The position numbers and the translations under genes are program-made. A stretch of DNA of 45,161 bases. Origin: an uncultured bacterium (GTDB lineage Bacteria > Lernaellota > Lernaellaia > Lernaellales > Lernaellaceae). The notes below the pieces were generated by a model. It did not search any database and was not told the DNA's origin. It worked only from the letters and a program-made list of their open reading frames with translations. The stretch's first letter is position 1. Every line of letters begins with the position of its first letter. Location of the stretch: contig CAZHPN010000025.1 of assembly GCA_964534375.1 (NCBI GenBank), positions 1-45,161 on the forward strand, given 5' to 3'. Below are positions 18,604-28,473 of this stretch, in pieces.

Positions 18604-19197
18604 ATGAACAACCCCCTCGCCCTTCGCGCCGGCGCGCTGACGCTGGACCCGCTCGCCGAAAAACACACCGCGCCGATGTGGCAGGCCTATTGGGAAAGCC
18701 GCGAGGAACTGCGGCCCTTTCTGGCGTGGGTGGAAACGGTGCACTCGGCGCCGGACCTGGAGCGGTTCGTCGCCCGCGCCAAGGCGAGCCGCGCCGACGG
18801 CGTGGAGTACCTCTTCGCCGCGCTCACCCCGGAAGGGGAGTTCGTCGGCGCGGTCGGCCTGCACAACATCGACCGCCGCAACCGCGCCGCCGAGATGGGC
18901 TTTTGGGTGCGGACGTCGTTCACGCGGCGCGGCGCCTGCCAGGCCATGGCCGCGCGCGTGCTGCGGTTCGCCTTTCGCGAACTGGGCCTGCACCGCATTT
19001 TCATCCGCCACGCGCTCGACAACCTGCCGTCGCAGACGGTCATCCGCAAACTGGGCTTCGTCCACGAAGGCGTCTCCCGCGAAGACACGCTGATCGCCGG
19101 CCGCTGGATCACGCACGAGACGTACAGCATGCTCGTCGCGGAATACGACAGAAACGCGGCGGCGCTGCTGCGCGCCGAGGAGTCGGCGCGTTTGTGA
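18604..19197 (+). CDS. GNAT N-acetyltransferase, RimJ/RimL family
   Basis: ATG 18604. Motifs SREELRPFLAW, AEMGFW, FAFRELGLHRI, NLPSQTVIRKLGFVHEG. Confidence 0.9.
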   Translation: MNNPLALRAGALTLDPLAEKHTAPMWQAYWESREELRPFLAWVETVHSAPDLERFVARAKASRADGVEYLFAALTPEGEFVGAVGLHNIDRRNRAAEMGFWVRTSFTRRGACQAMAARVLRFAFRELGLHRIFIRHALDNLPSQTVIRKLGFVHEGVSREDTLIAGRWITHETYSMLVAEYDRNAAALLRAEESARL

Positions 19198-19199
19198 TT

Positions 19200-19430
19200 G
19201 GCGGGATTCGGGGTTCGGCATTCTAAACACAGAGGGCACAGAGGACGGCACAGAGAGCACGGAGGAGCGGGGCTCGGGATTCGGGGTTCGGGATTCGGGA
19301 TTCCGGAAGCGGGATGAGGTAGCCCCCATACTCCGCGCTGCCCCATCGGTCCCAGGATTCCCAGAATTCCCAGGATTCCCAGAATTTCCAGGATTCCCAG
19401 GAACCCCATAATTCCCATGATTCCCATTTC
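19200..19430. repeat. Mosaic of three periodic repeat families: (CGGGATT)n, CACAGAG-type and (CCCAGGATT)n
   Basis: 7-mers at 19202-19222 and 19268-19302, TAAACACAGAGGGCACAGAG from 19224, and about nine to ten 9-mer units at 19342-19429. Confidence 0.92.
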
Positions 19431-19543
19431 CGACGCACGCCCAAGCCGGACCTGGCACGGTTGCCCAGGGAAAATCCGTTCCATAATATGTGATTGCCAA
19501 TTTTTGCGGGAGCGACGAGATGCCAATGAATGAGGAATCCATT

Positions 19544-20647
19544 ATGACGAGAAGCCATCGAACCGGGATTCTGATGCTGGCGGCGATCGTTGCCGCGGCC
19601 GCCGGCTGCGCCAGCGCGCTGGGCCAGGCGCCGGCGCCGGTCGCGAGGGCGGGCGCCAGCGCGGCGCCGGTGCGCATCGTCGATCACGCCGGCGGTGAGC
19701 CGGTCGCGTGGGCGCGGTTCGGGCAATGTCAGTTCGGCCTGCCGATCAAGCAGGACGACGTCACCGGGCTTTCCACAGCAGTGGATGCAAACGCTCACGA
19801 AGCCAACGTGCAAAGGTGCTTGGATAAGGCCGTCGCCGAACGCGTCAATGTGCTGGTGTTGCCGGAACTCGGGCTCGCCGTGCCGGCGGCGATGCGCGAG
19901 CGCATCGTGGCGCGGCTGCAAAAAGCGGCGGCCGACCGCGATATGGTCATTATCGCCGGCAGTTACTACGACAACGACCGCTATTCGCGGTCGGTCGTCA
20001 TCGGCCGGGGCTGGATCGAGGAAGGCTACAAGGTGCGGCCGTCGCGCTTCGAGGCCTCGCCACGTGCGGGCATGGGTATGCGCGAAGGCAAGCACGTGTT
20101 GCTCGTTCGCACGCGTTACGGCCGATTCGCCGTCGTGGTGTGCGTCGACCTGATCAGCGATGAAGTCCAATACGCGTTGCGCGAGCTGGCGACGCGCGGC
20201 GAATTGGACGTCATCGTGAACGTCAACTACAACCCCGCGGCGTGGGAGTTTCTGATCGAAGCCAACAGCTTCGTGCGACGCCATCCGGTTTTCGCGTCAA
20301 TCACGAACGTGACGGCCGCGCCGGAAGGGACCCACTGCATGGAAAACGGCAAGCCGCACGACGACGGTGTTTGTTTCGGCCATACTGCCGTGTTTGCCGA
20401 CGCGCACACCGACGCGGGCGAATTTCCGAACAACGTGCAGACGATGGCGCGTCAACTTCCGGCCGATTTCCTTTCCGGCGGCAAACCGGCGCTGCCCTTC
20501 GATCATCTCGTGGGCGACGTGGGCGCGTTCCGCGAGGGCTTGTTGGTGTACGAATTGAACCTGCGGCTGAATCGCGAGCCGGCGACGGCCAACGCGCCCG
20601 ATCAGGGCTATCCGACCATTCGGGACGTGCACGTCGTCGACTTGTAA
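19544..20647 (+). CDS. Carbon-nitrogen hydrolase (nitrilase superfamily), predicted lipoprotein
   Basis: GAGGA RBS before ATG 19544, signal with AAG-C lipobox, and a putative E-K-C triad in LVLPEL, GYKV and VCVD. Confidence 0.75.
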   Translation: MTRSHRTGILMLAAIVAAAAGCASALGQAPAPVARAGASAAPVRIVDHAGGEPVAWARFGQCQFGLPIKQDDVTGLSTAVDANAHEANVQRCLDKAVAERVNVLVLPELGLAVPAAMRERIVARLQKAAADRDMVIIAGSYYDNDRYSRSVVIGRGWIEEGYKVRPSRFEASPRAGMGMREGKHVLLVRTRYGRFAVVVCVDLISDEVQYALRELATRGELDVIVNVNYNPAAWEFLIEANSFVRRHPVFASITNVTAAPEGTHCMENGKPHDDGVCFGHTAVFADAHTDAGEFPNNVQTMARQLPADFLSGGKPALPFDHLVGDVGAFREGLLVYELNLRLNREPATANAPDQGYPTIRDVHVVDL

Positions 20648-20707
20648 CGGATCGGGGACCGGCCCGCGGGGCGATTCGCCGTCCGGAAGGAACGATGACG
20701 GGGCGCC

Positions 20708-22141
20708 TTATCTCACGGGCAGCACGAACATCAGTTGCGCCTGAAAACGATCGTCGAACACGATCGAATTGCGGCCGGTCAGCGGAATTTCGTAACCGAG
20801 ATTGATCAGGCCGGGCAGGCGCAGCGGCAGCAGCGGCGCGCCGACCTGCAGCGCCAGCGCGTGCGCGTCGCCCATCAGGTAACTGTCGCTGGCTTTGAAA
20901 AAACGCTCCCACCGCCAGTCGACGTCGACCATCGGCGTCTGGCGATAATTGTAGAGATACCCGACGCCGGCCGAGAAATACGGGAACTGGAACGTGACCG
21001 CCGCCATCGTGTTCAGTTCGGCGCCAAGGGTCAGCAGGTAATGCGATGGCGCGCCCCAGGCGTCGATGAAGCGGTCGTCGCCCTGCAAGCCGATCAATCT
21101 CTTCAGCGATTCGGCCTGCGAATTCGGCTTTTCCCACGTCGGCGCGCGGCGGCGCTGCGGCAGGTAATAATCGACGCCGGCCTGCACGCGGAAGGCGATC
21201 CAGTCGGCCTCGGGCACGCGCAGCCGCAGGTCTTCGGTCACGCCGGGCGCGACGGCCCCCTGGCCTTCGTCAATCTGCACGCCGAGGCCGAAGCGCTGCG
21301 CCTGATTGGGGTTCGCGGTCAGCCCGGTCGGCGCGGTCACGTTGAATTGCGTGGCGAGCATGACGTGCGGCGTGTCGAGGTAGGTCCAGACGACGCCGGC
21401 CGACGTGTCGCCGAAGTTCCAGCCCGGATCGTGAAACCGGCCTATCGGGTCCGGCCGCCCGAATTGCCGGAACAGGCGGAACGCGTCGGCGAGGGTGCGC
21501 ACGCCGAGGTTCACCGAGGTTCCCGGGTAGAACTGATAAATCAGCCAGCCTTCCTGGTGCACCACCGGCAGGTCGGCGTACAGCTGCACATCGTCGGTGA
21601 CGCCGTAGCTCAGGCGCATGTTGAAGGTGCGGATGCGGCAGCGCGCTTCGGGGTCGAACTCCAAGAACTGGCCGTGCCCGCCGAACGGATCGTGCAGCTT
21701 GATCGGCTGCAGCAGTTCCGCCGAGTGGCCCTGGCCGTCATAGCTGCCGTCGAAGCGCCGGTTGAAATAGTCCAGTTCGATGCCGAGCCCGCTGGCGGGC
21801 ACCCGTTCGACCACTCGCCCCCACAGCAGGCGATCGTTTTCCACCGCGACCTGCTCGGCCAGTTGCAACGTGCGCCGATAATAGTTCGGCGGTTTCGGCG
21901 GCGGCTCCGACTCCGGCGTCGCTTCCGGCGGGGTCGGACTCGCGTCGGCCGCGGCCGGGGTCGGTTCCGGCGGGGTCGGGCTCGATTCGGCGGGCGCTGG
22001 CGTCGGTTCGGCTGGGGCCGGGGTCGGGTCGATGGGCGTCGGGGTCAGTTCGGCGGGCGCTTCCTGCGCCGCGACGGTCGCCGCCACGAACGCGGCGAGC
22101 AACAGCGCCAGCGGCAGCAGGCGGCCGAACCCGCGTTTCAT
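20708..22141 (-). CDS. Hypothetical exported protein, probable outer-membrane beta-barrel with a Pro-rich N-terminal linker
   Basis: Signal peptide, (PTPxPAE)n linker, and amphipathic beta-strand patterns (LSYGVTD, LYADLP, GDTSAG, NVTAPTG, LGYEIPLTGRN). Confidence 0.6.
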   Translation of the reverse strand: MKRGFGRLLPLALLLAAFVAATVAAQEAPAELTPTPIDPTPAPAEPTPAPAESSPTPPEPTPAAADASPTPPEATPESEPPPKPPNYYRRTLQLAEQVAVENDRLLWGRVVERVPASGLGIELDYFNRRFDGSYDGQGHSAELLQPIKLHDPFGGHGQFLEFDPEARCRIRTFNMRLSYGVTDDVQLYADLPVVHQEGWLIYQFYPGTSVNLGVRTLADAFRLFRQFGRPDPIGRFHDPGWNFGDTSAGVVWTYLDTPHVMLATQFNVTAPTGLTANPNQAQRFGLGVQIDEGQGAVAPGVTEDLRLRVPEADWIAFRVQAGVDYYLPQRRRAPTWEKPNSQAESLKRLIGLQGDDRFIDAWGAPSHYLLTLGAELNTMAAVTFQFPYFSAGVGYLYNYRQTPMVDVDWRWERFFKASDSYLMGDAHALALQVGAPLLPLRLPGLINLGYEIPLTGRNSIVFDDRFQAQLMFVLPVR

Positions 22142-22144
22142 GCG

Positions 22145-23521
22145 TCAGATTTCCCGAGCCAGCAGTTCCAAAAACGCCTCATACACCAAGCGCCCGGTTT
22201 GCGAGCCAGTGCTCATCGATCGTTCGTAGTCGTAATGCGGGTCTTGCCACTGGTCGGGCATCATCATGTAGGCGAGTTCGTCGTTGGCCAGCCCGACGAC
22301 CCACGGCACTTGCGCGAAGGGCATCGCGTCTTTCAATTTCATGCCGAGTTTCGGGAATGCTTCGCCCGGCGTCATCGCCATCCAGGCGCCGCCGATTTTG
22401 ACCAGCCCGACCTCGGACGGAAAGATGTTGCCGTGCATCTTCGTTTTGTCGAGCGGCAGGATGCCGCGACGGGCCATCATGATGAACGTCGGGTTTTCGA
22501 TCGGCACGTTGAAGTCCGCGCTGCGCACCGCAATGCGCGGGTGGGCGTCGCGCGGCGCATGCGCCACGGAGCCGATGGCCAACTCGGCAAGGCGGTCGCC
22601 CATGCGGTCCATCCAGGCGATCCGCTTGTTCAGATCGCTGTATTCCTCGCGCTTGTCGAAGCGGCAAATGTCCGCCGAAATCATGCCGCCCAGCGCGCCG
22701 GAGAAAAACACGCCCGTGCCGCCGCCGCGCTTTTCGATGTACTTGTCATAGCGTCCCGGGAAATCGGCGCTGATCGAATGGTTGTCGAGCAGCGTCTCGG
22801 CGTGGCACGCCCAGTTGGCGATCGTGGCGATCGGCGTGCCGTCGAGCTTTTCCAGCCGCATGACGCCCATCCGCCGATCGTTCGGGCCCGTGCCTTCCGG
22901 GAACCAGATGTTGTCCGACCAGCCCGGCTCGACGACGGTTTCGCCGAGGGCGATCTGCGCCGGCTGGGCCTTTGTCACCGCGTCGTTGACGCCCAGGGCG
23001 ATCGACTGCAGCGTCTTTGCGAACCAATCGGGATCGACGCCGCGTTGGACCGGCAGCAGCAGCCCGGGCCCCCAGTAGCCGATCGGGTCCGGGGCCTCGT
23101 GATTGTGCGTGCTGGAGATTTGAATGCGCCGCGGATACTCGGCCGTGATCAGCGAGCGCAGCCGATTCACGTCGTAGTTGACGAAGCCGACCAGGTCCAG
23201 GGAGATGAGCACGACCGCTTCGCGCCCGTCGTCGAGATAGACGATGCGCGCCGTCACCGGGTCGAGCACGTCGCGGCTCTTGCGCATCTGCTGAAAGCCG
23301 GCGATCCACGCATTGCGGTCGTAGGGCGTGATGTCGACAACCTTGACGCCCGCCCGCAGCGAACCATCGGTCCACCGCGCGGCCATCGCCGCGTCAAAGG
23401 CCTTCGGCACGGCCGTCGGCCGGTAATGTTCCATCGCCGTGCCCGGTTTTTCCAATCCGCACGCGGACAGCGCCAGCGCCGCCGCACTCAACACCAGGAA
23501 AATGAAAATTCGTTTGTGCAT
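22145..23521 (-). CDS. Neutral/alkaline ceramidase-like metallo-amidohydrolase lipoprotein
   Basis: Lipobox LSA-C. Motifs GVKVVDITP, DPVTAR, SSTHNHEAPD, NWACHAE, SADFPG, PGE and GLANDELAY. Confidence 0.8.
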   Translation of the reverse strand: MHKRIFIFLVLSAAALALSACGLEKPGTAMEHYRPTAVPKAFDAAMAARWTDGSLRAGVKVVDITPYDRNAWIAGFQQMRKSRDVLDPVTARIVYLDDGREAVVLISLDLVGFVNYDVNRLRSLITAEYPRRIQISSTHNHEAPDPIGYWGPGLLLPVQRGVDPDWFAKTLQSIALGVNDAVTKAQPAQIALGETVVEPGWSDNIWFPEGTGPNDRRMGVMRLEKLDGTPIATIANWACHAETLLDNHSISADFPGRYDKYIEKRGGGTGVFFSGALGGMISADICRFDKREEYSDLNKRIAWMDRMGDRLAELAIGSVAHAPRDAHPRIAVRSADFNVPIENPTFIMMARRGILPLDKTKMHGNIFPSEVGLVKIGGAWMAMTPGEAFPKLGMKLKDAMPFAQVPWVVGLANDELAYMMMPDQWQDPHYDYERSMSTGSQTGRLVYEAFLELLAREI

Positions 23522-23530
23522 GGAAACGGC

Positions 23531-25105
23531 CTATTGGGTCGGTTGGTTGGCGACCCGTTCGAGGGATTGAATGAACTCGTGGACATCGGCCAGCATCGGG
23601 CGCAGGCCGTCGGGGCTGGGCTCGCGGAACGGCGCGCCGAGATCGATCGTGCCTTGGTCCGTGAGGTCGAGCAACTTAACGAACGCGCTCCACAGCGGCA
23701 GATTCATGTACTCAAACAACGGCGCCAGATCGCGGAAATGGAACGGGTAGTCGTCGGCGATCGAGACTTCCAGCGCCACCAGCAAATCATGGACAATCCA
23801 GGCCAGGTTGAAATCCAATTCGACGATGCCGGGCACGAGCAGCGGTTCGTCTCCGTCCCATTGCCCGTCGCCGTTCAGATCGACGTAGCGGATGACGCGG
23901 TCGGGTTCGTTCTCGTTGTCGTCCCGCACTTTCTGGATCGTGGTCGCCCAGGCGCCGAAGAGGCCGCCGATGTCGATCCCCGCTTGGTTCAAGAACGGCG
24001 AGCCGTTCGCCGCCAGCTTCAGGCCGTTGCGGTACACCGGATCGTACAGAATCAGCACGATGATGTCGTCGATCTGCTCCAGAGTTTGCAGCAACGTCTC
24101 CCAATTGTTCAACGACGTGGGAAAGATGGAATTTCCTCCGATTTGGGTCATGCCCAGTTTCGCGAACGTCTGCGGGTTCAGGTCCAGATCGAGACCCTGC
24201 GCCAACTGAAACAAGGCGTCGATTCCCGACACGATGCCGGCGAAAAATTGCAGCGTGACCTGATCGTGAACGCCCGAGAAAACGGGCTGGAACAGGGCCG
24301 GAATCAGTGCGACCGTATAATAATCGAGGTCGAACAGCAGCGCGTTGTTGCCCTGCACATTGGCGACGCTCTGCTGCATTTCCTGGGAGATCGGCGACCA
24401 GAATTGCTGGATGATTTCGTCGATCGTCGCGCCGTAATACGTGAAGCAGTTCGCGACCCCCGCGTTGCAATCGGTCTGGCCGTTGAAGCAGGTCAGCTCG
24501 CTCTCGGTGAACAGCGTGGCGCAATTGGCGGCGCAATCGGTCGGCGTCCACGGCGTGCCGGCGAGGAAGCCGCACGCGCCGAACCGCACGCAAGCGCTGT
24601 CGCACGTGGGTTGGTCCGGCGGCAGATTCTGACCCAGGCAGAGGTTGAACAGCGTCGGGCAATCGGGACTGGCGGCGATGCACTGGCACGTCGCGGCGCC
24701 GTAGGTGCAGCCGCCGGCGGTCAGACACGCGGCGTAGGTGGAGCCGTCGCGGGTCAGCACGCCGCACGAATCGAGTTTTTGGCAGATGGCGCTGGCTTCC
24801 TCCGGCGTGACGGTCGTTGCGGCGGAGCCCCCCAGCGACGAAAACAGCAACTGCATCGTGGCGGCGAACTGCTGCACGTCCGCGAGCACGATGCCGTAAT
24901 TCGCGTCGAGATCGCCCGGGCGGAAATCGAGCGCCTGCACAAACGCCAGGTACGCGCTGGCGCCGTCGCCCTTTTCCAGAAAGAGCTTGCCGCGCGCGTC
25001 CCACTGATCGGCGCTGCCCTGCCGATTGTGGTGCGTCGCGCACGCGGCGCCGCCGAGCAGCCCGGCCGCCGCAAGACCGATGACGATCCACCCCGCCCAG
25101 CGCAT
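23531..25105 (-). CDS. Hypothetical lipoprotein with a TPR-like segment, two Cys-rich repeats and an EF-hand-like loop
   Basis: GGAGG RBS before ATG 25105, GAA-C lipobox, CxxLxxC...C repeats and DLNGDGQWDGDE. Confidence 0.75.
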   Translation of the reverse strand: MRWAGWIVIGLAAAGLLGGAACATHHNRQGSADQWDARGKLFLEKGDGASAYLAFVQALDFRPGDLDANYGIVLADVQQFAATMQLLFSSLGGSAATTVTPEEASAICQKLDSCGVLTRDGSTYAACLTAGGCTYGAATCQCIAASPDCPTLFNLCLGQNLPPDQPTCDSACVRFGACGFLAGTPWTPTDCAANCATLFTESELTCFNGQTDCNAGVANCFTYYGATIDEIIQQFWSPISQEMQQSVANVQGNNALLFDLDYYTVALIPALFQPVFSGVHDQVTLQFFAGIVSGIDALFQLAQGLDLDLNPQTFAKLGMTQIGGNSIFPTSLNNWETLLQTLEQIDDIIVLILYDPVYRNGLKLAANGSPFLNQAGIDIGGLFGAWATTIQKVRDDNENEPDRVIRYVDLNGDGQWDGDEPLLVPGIVELDFNLAWIVHDLLVALEVSIADDYPFHFRDLAPLFEYMNLPLWSAFVKLLDLTDQGTIDLGAPFREPSPDGLRPMLADVHEFIQSLERVANQPTQ

Positions 25106-25185
25106 TTTGTTCCTCCGCGGGCGCCGCAAAGTTCCATTTCCCACGCGGCTCCACGGCAAAAAAACCGCGGCCTTTCCGTGCGGCT

Positions 25186-25215
25186 AGCTTACCGACCGCC
25201 GCGAAAGACTGTCAA
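25186..25215 (-). promoter_or_regulatory. Putative sigma70 promoter for the 25105-20708 operon
   Basis: TTGACA-N18-TAAGCT on the minus strand, ~80 nt upstream of the start codon. Confidence 0.45.
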
Positions 25216-25491
25216 GGCAATAGAAGGAGAAGTCAGAGGACAGAAGTCGGTCGTCAGAACACGGAAGATGGCAGGAGAAAGGAAGAAGAACGGGCGCCAA
25301 AACCCGGCCCGAATCGCAGCCGCAACAACGGGCGTCGCCGCGCGATCCGGCGGTTCAGTCGCGACGCTGGCTCGGGGGGTCTCGCCGTCGAAGCGGCTGG
25401 CGCCGTCGCTCTGAACTTTTTGCGGGGATGCGGCCTCTAAGGGGAAGAATGGAAGTCCGGCTGACGATTGAACGCGGAGGCAAGAGGAAAC

Positions 25492-26130
25492 ATGAAACGG
25501 ATGGCGCTCATCTCTTTCGTCATCGGGCTGTTGTTGGCCGCCGGGTGCAATGGCGCGCCCGAATCGTCCGCGCTGGCGATGGACGTTGGGCAGTCGATGC
25601 AGACGCCCGACCCGGCGGCAATGCAACAGCAATTGTTGCAGCAGCAGAAAACGATTCAGGAATTGCAGGGCCAGGTTCAGCAGATGCAGAACCAGAACGC
25701 GCAAAGCGCCGGCAGGAACGGAACGCAGCCCCCTGCCGCTGCGCCGCCGAATGGACAGGCGCCGCATGCCGCGCCGGCGACGACGCCCGGCGGATCGCCG
25801 CCAACCGCGGGCGTCAACAATAACTATACGATCGACCAGACGCCGCCGCCTGACGGGACCACCACATACGTCGTAGTCGCGTACCCGGGTTGGTTGTACT
25901 ACTGGGATTGGGACGGTTGGCCGCCCCATTGGGTGTGCCACTACTTCTGGGATTCCTGGGCCTGGAGCTACGGCGGGTACTGGGGACGCGGCGGCAGCGG
26001 CGCGTACGGCGCATGGCGCGGCGGCTGGGGCCGCGGCGGCTGGGGGGGCCGCGGAGGCTGGGGCGGCCGCGGGGGACGCGGCGGCTGGGGCGGAGGCCAC
26101 GGCGGCGGGCACGGCGGCGGGCATCGGTAG
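25492..26130 (+). CDS. Hypothetical lipoprotein: Gln-rich coil, Pro/Ala linker, Trp-rich core, (W)GGRGG tail
   Basis: GAGGA RBS, LAAG-C lipobox and distinct low-complexity blocks. Confidence 0.75.
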   Translation: MKRMALISFVIGLLLAAGCNGAPESSALAMDVGQSMQTPDPAAMQQQLLQQQKTIQELQGQVQQMQNQNAQSAGRNGTQPPAAAPPNGQAPHAAPATTPGGSPPTAGVNNNYTIDQTPPPDGTTTYVVVAYPGWLYYWDWDGWPPHWVCHYFWDSWAWSYGGYWGRGGSGAYGAWRGGWGRGGWGGRGGWGGRGGRGGWGGGHGGGHGGGHR

Positions 26131-26292
26131 GTAAGACGCCGCAGCAACCATTGACAGAGCGCTTCAGTCAAGATTCACCAGCGCGATTGACAACGTTCGG
26201 CCCCGCCCTAGCTTTTGGCCGGGACGCCAAAAAGAAGGGCGGCAACGGAGATAAAAAATCGGTTGCTCGCGGTGGACAATCGGAAAAACGGG

Positions 26293-26460
26293 ATGTACTT
26301 CGTTCAACCCGCTGGCGCCATGCTGAAGTTCGACTCCGGCAGCATCGAGAAGATCCTCATGTTCCTGGCGAAGGAGGAATCTTCGCTGAACGTCGACGTC
26401 ACGGCGTGGCGCAAGGCCGACGGAACATACGAGTTGGCTTCGATCAGGAATCAGCAATAG
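26293..26460 (+). CDS. Possible small protein or gene fragment
   Basis: Mostly G/C third codon positions in this frame (MLKFDSGSIEKILMFL...). No motif recognised. Confidence 0.3.
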   Translation: MYFVQPAGAMLKFDSGSIEKILMFLAKEESSLNVDVTAWRKADGTYELASIRNQQ

Positions 26461-26684
26461 CGCCCGCCCACGTACAGAGACGCCTTCGCCTGAATCGCGA
26501 GACGGCGGGTCCCGATAGGGGTTGGCGTTCTATTCGTCCCTTGCTTCATCGACGCGCACGACGGCAGGGGCTTTCGAAATTATGCCTGCCGAAGCGCTCG
26601 TCCGAAACAGCGCCGTTGACGCCAACGCAAAATCGAGGGACGATTCTCGCAGAAAACTTCGCCTGACGAAGCGGAGAAAGCTGA

Positions 26685-27158
26685 ATGACCGTCGAACAAG
26701 CATTGCAAACCGCCAGCAAATACGCGATCAAGATTCGCGACGCCTTTTGCAGCGCACTCGAAAAACCGCTCGATGATAAAAGGACGCGGCTCTTGATATT
26801 GCTGGCGGATCACGAGCGTAAGCATTTGGAGCACTTCCGCAACGCTTGCATCAAAGTATTGGCGGAGGGAACGTTCGACCATTTCGCCGCTCAGGTCGAA
26901 CGGCAACTCGATGAAGTCGCGCATTCATTGCAGCATCTTGATGCGGAACTCGAAAACGTGTCGGTCGAAGAACGCCTCGTGCAAATCCTCGGCAGCTTGA
27001 ACAATGCGAAAGCGAAAACCGCCGCGTTTTATCGCGGCATTTGCCAATGCCTGCCGCCTGACGACGCCAAGTACTTCGAGCATTTCGTCGAGGTTGAGGA
27101 AGCGAATTTGGCGCTGATCGAAAATCGGTTGGAGAAGTATTACTTCGATCCGTGCTGA
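26685..27158 (+). CDS. Ferritin-like / rubrerythrin-family four-helix protein
   Basis: LADHERKH (ExxH), FY, EVEEANL, with the typical paired-helix organisation. GGAG RBS. Confidence 0.65.
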   Translation: MTVEQALQTASKYAIKIRDAFCSALEKPLDDKRTRLLILLADHERKHLEHFRNACIKVLAEGTFDHFAAQVERQLDEVAHSLQHLDAELENVSVEERLVQILGSLNNAKAKTAAFYRGICQCLPPDDAKYFEHFVEVEEANLALIENRLEKYYFDPC

Positions 27159-27244
27159 TCGCCGACGGCGCGCGCCGGCGGTTCGCTCGGCGGATCGGGG
27201 ATTTTCGGGAACGGCCTGTCCGAGCGCACGCGCGAAAGTCCGCA

Positions 27245-28378
27245 TCATCGTCCCTTCGGTCCGCCAACGAACGGCGCCGCGGCGCTGGCCATGGTCGGCA
27301 TCGTTGCCTCGAACCTCACGGGCAGCCGGATCGTGACGCGGGTTCCCGCGCCGGGCGCGCTGCGGATCTCCCAATCTCCGCCCAGGGCGGCCAGCCGCTC
27401 GCGGACGGAGAACAGACCGAAGCCGCCCGTGGTGCGAACGGGTTGGTGCGCGTCCGGGTCGAAACCGACGCCCTCGTCTTCCACCCGGATTGAAACCGTT
27501 TCCGCATCCCCATAGCAGAGCGTGACCTTCGCGCGGTCCACCTTCGCGTGCTTGACGGCATTCAGCAGAAACTCTCGCACCGCCTGGAACAAGAAGATCC
27601 GCAGATCCTTGACGATTTCCGCGGGTCGCTCGTCGGCCGACACTTCGACGGCAAGATGGTGCGTTTCCTCCGTCCAGCGCGCCAACCACCGCAGCGCTTC
27701 CGGCAGACTCGACTCGTAGAGCACCGGCGGGGCGAGTTCCGCCGTCAGCGATCTCGACGCTGCAATCGCTTGATCCAGAATATCTCGCAGCCGTTTCAGT
27801 TCGGCCTGGTGCGCCTCGTCCGGCGTCCGCCCGCCGAGCGCGCTCACGCCGAGCTTGGCCGCGACGAGGAGTTGCTGCAAATAGTCGTGCAGCACCTGCG
27901 CCAGGCGGCGTCGCTCCCGTTCCTCCGCCTGGGTGAGTTCCGTGGCGAGGGCGCGCAATTGAATCGTTCGGCGCGTCAGTTGATCGTTGAGGGTCGTCAG
28001 TTCCCGGTTGGCGTTGCGGAGCGCCGCGGACTTGGCCTCCCGGCCTTCCTGCAGCCGAACGGCCGCATCCACGATCAGCGCCACGACGACGATGTTCAGC
28101 AGATGCATGCCCCAAAACGCGAGGCGAACGTCTCCGGACGGCGGCAAGATGGGCGACACGCGATGCACCCGGACAAAGGTGATCACGGCGAACGCCGCGG
28201 CGGAACCGATCAGGAGGCGCCGATCGCGGTGCCACAGCGTCAAGACCAGCGGCAGCGCGTACATCTCCGGAACCATGGTGTAGGAGAAAACATCGAACCG
28301 GAGCCAGGCCATTACCGCCACCATCGCGGCGGTGAGGATCAAGGCGCTGAAAAATGACGGCCGATGACTGTCTTTCAC
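27245..28378 (-). CDS. Membrane sensor histidine kinase (HisKA_3, NarX/UhpB type)
   Basis: N-terminal TM helices, EERERRRLAQVLHD, REFLLNAVKHA, VEDEGVGF, GGFGL and GTRV. Confidence 0.9.
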   Translation of the reverse strand: MKDSHRPSFFSALILTAAMVAVMAWLRFDVFSYTMVPEMYALPLVLTLWHRDRRLLIGSAAAFAVITFVRVHRVSPILPPSGDVRLAFWGMHLLNIVVVALIVDAAVRLQEGREAKSAALRNANRELTTLNDQLTRRTIQLRALATELTQAEERERRRLAQVLHDYLQQLLVAAKLGVSALGGRTPDEAHQAELKRLRDILDQAIAASRSLTAELAPPVLYESSLPEALRWLARWTEETHHLAVEVSADERPAEIVKDLRIFLFQAVREFLLNAVKHAKVDRAKVTLCYGDAETVSIRVEDEGVGFDPDAHQPVRTTGGFGLFSVRERLAALGGDWEIRSAPGAGTRVTIRLPVRFEATMPTMASAAAPFVGGPKGR

Positions 28379-28473
28379 CGCGCGACTTCCTTTCCTGTCC
28401 CCACCGTGCGAAAGCGTAAGTCTTCAATGACTTCTGGACACTTGCGGCTCGCCCCGCGTTCAAGGTTTGCTTC

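Noticed and set aside
20735..25414. 1559-aa plus-strand ORF
   Set aside because: Antisense to three well-formed genes, a typical high-GC shadow frame with no motifs.
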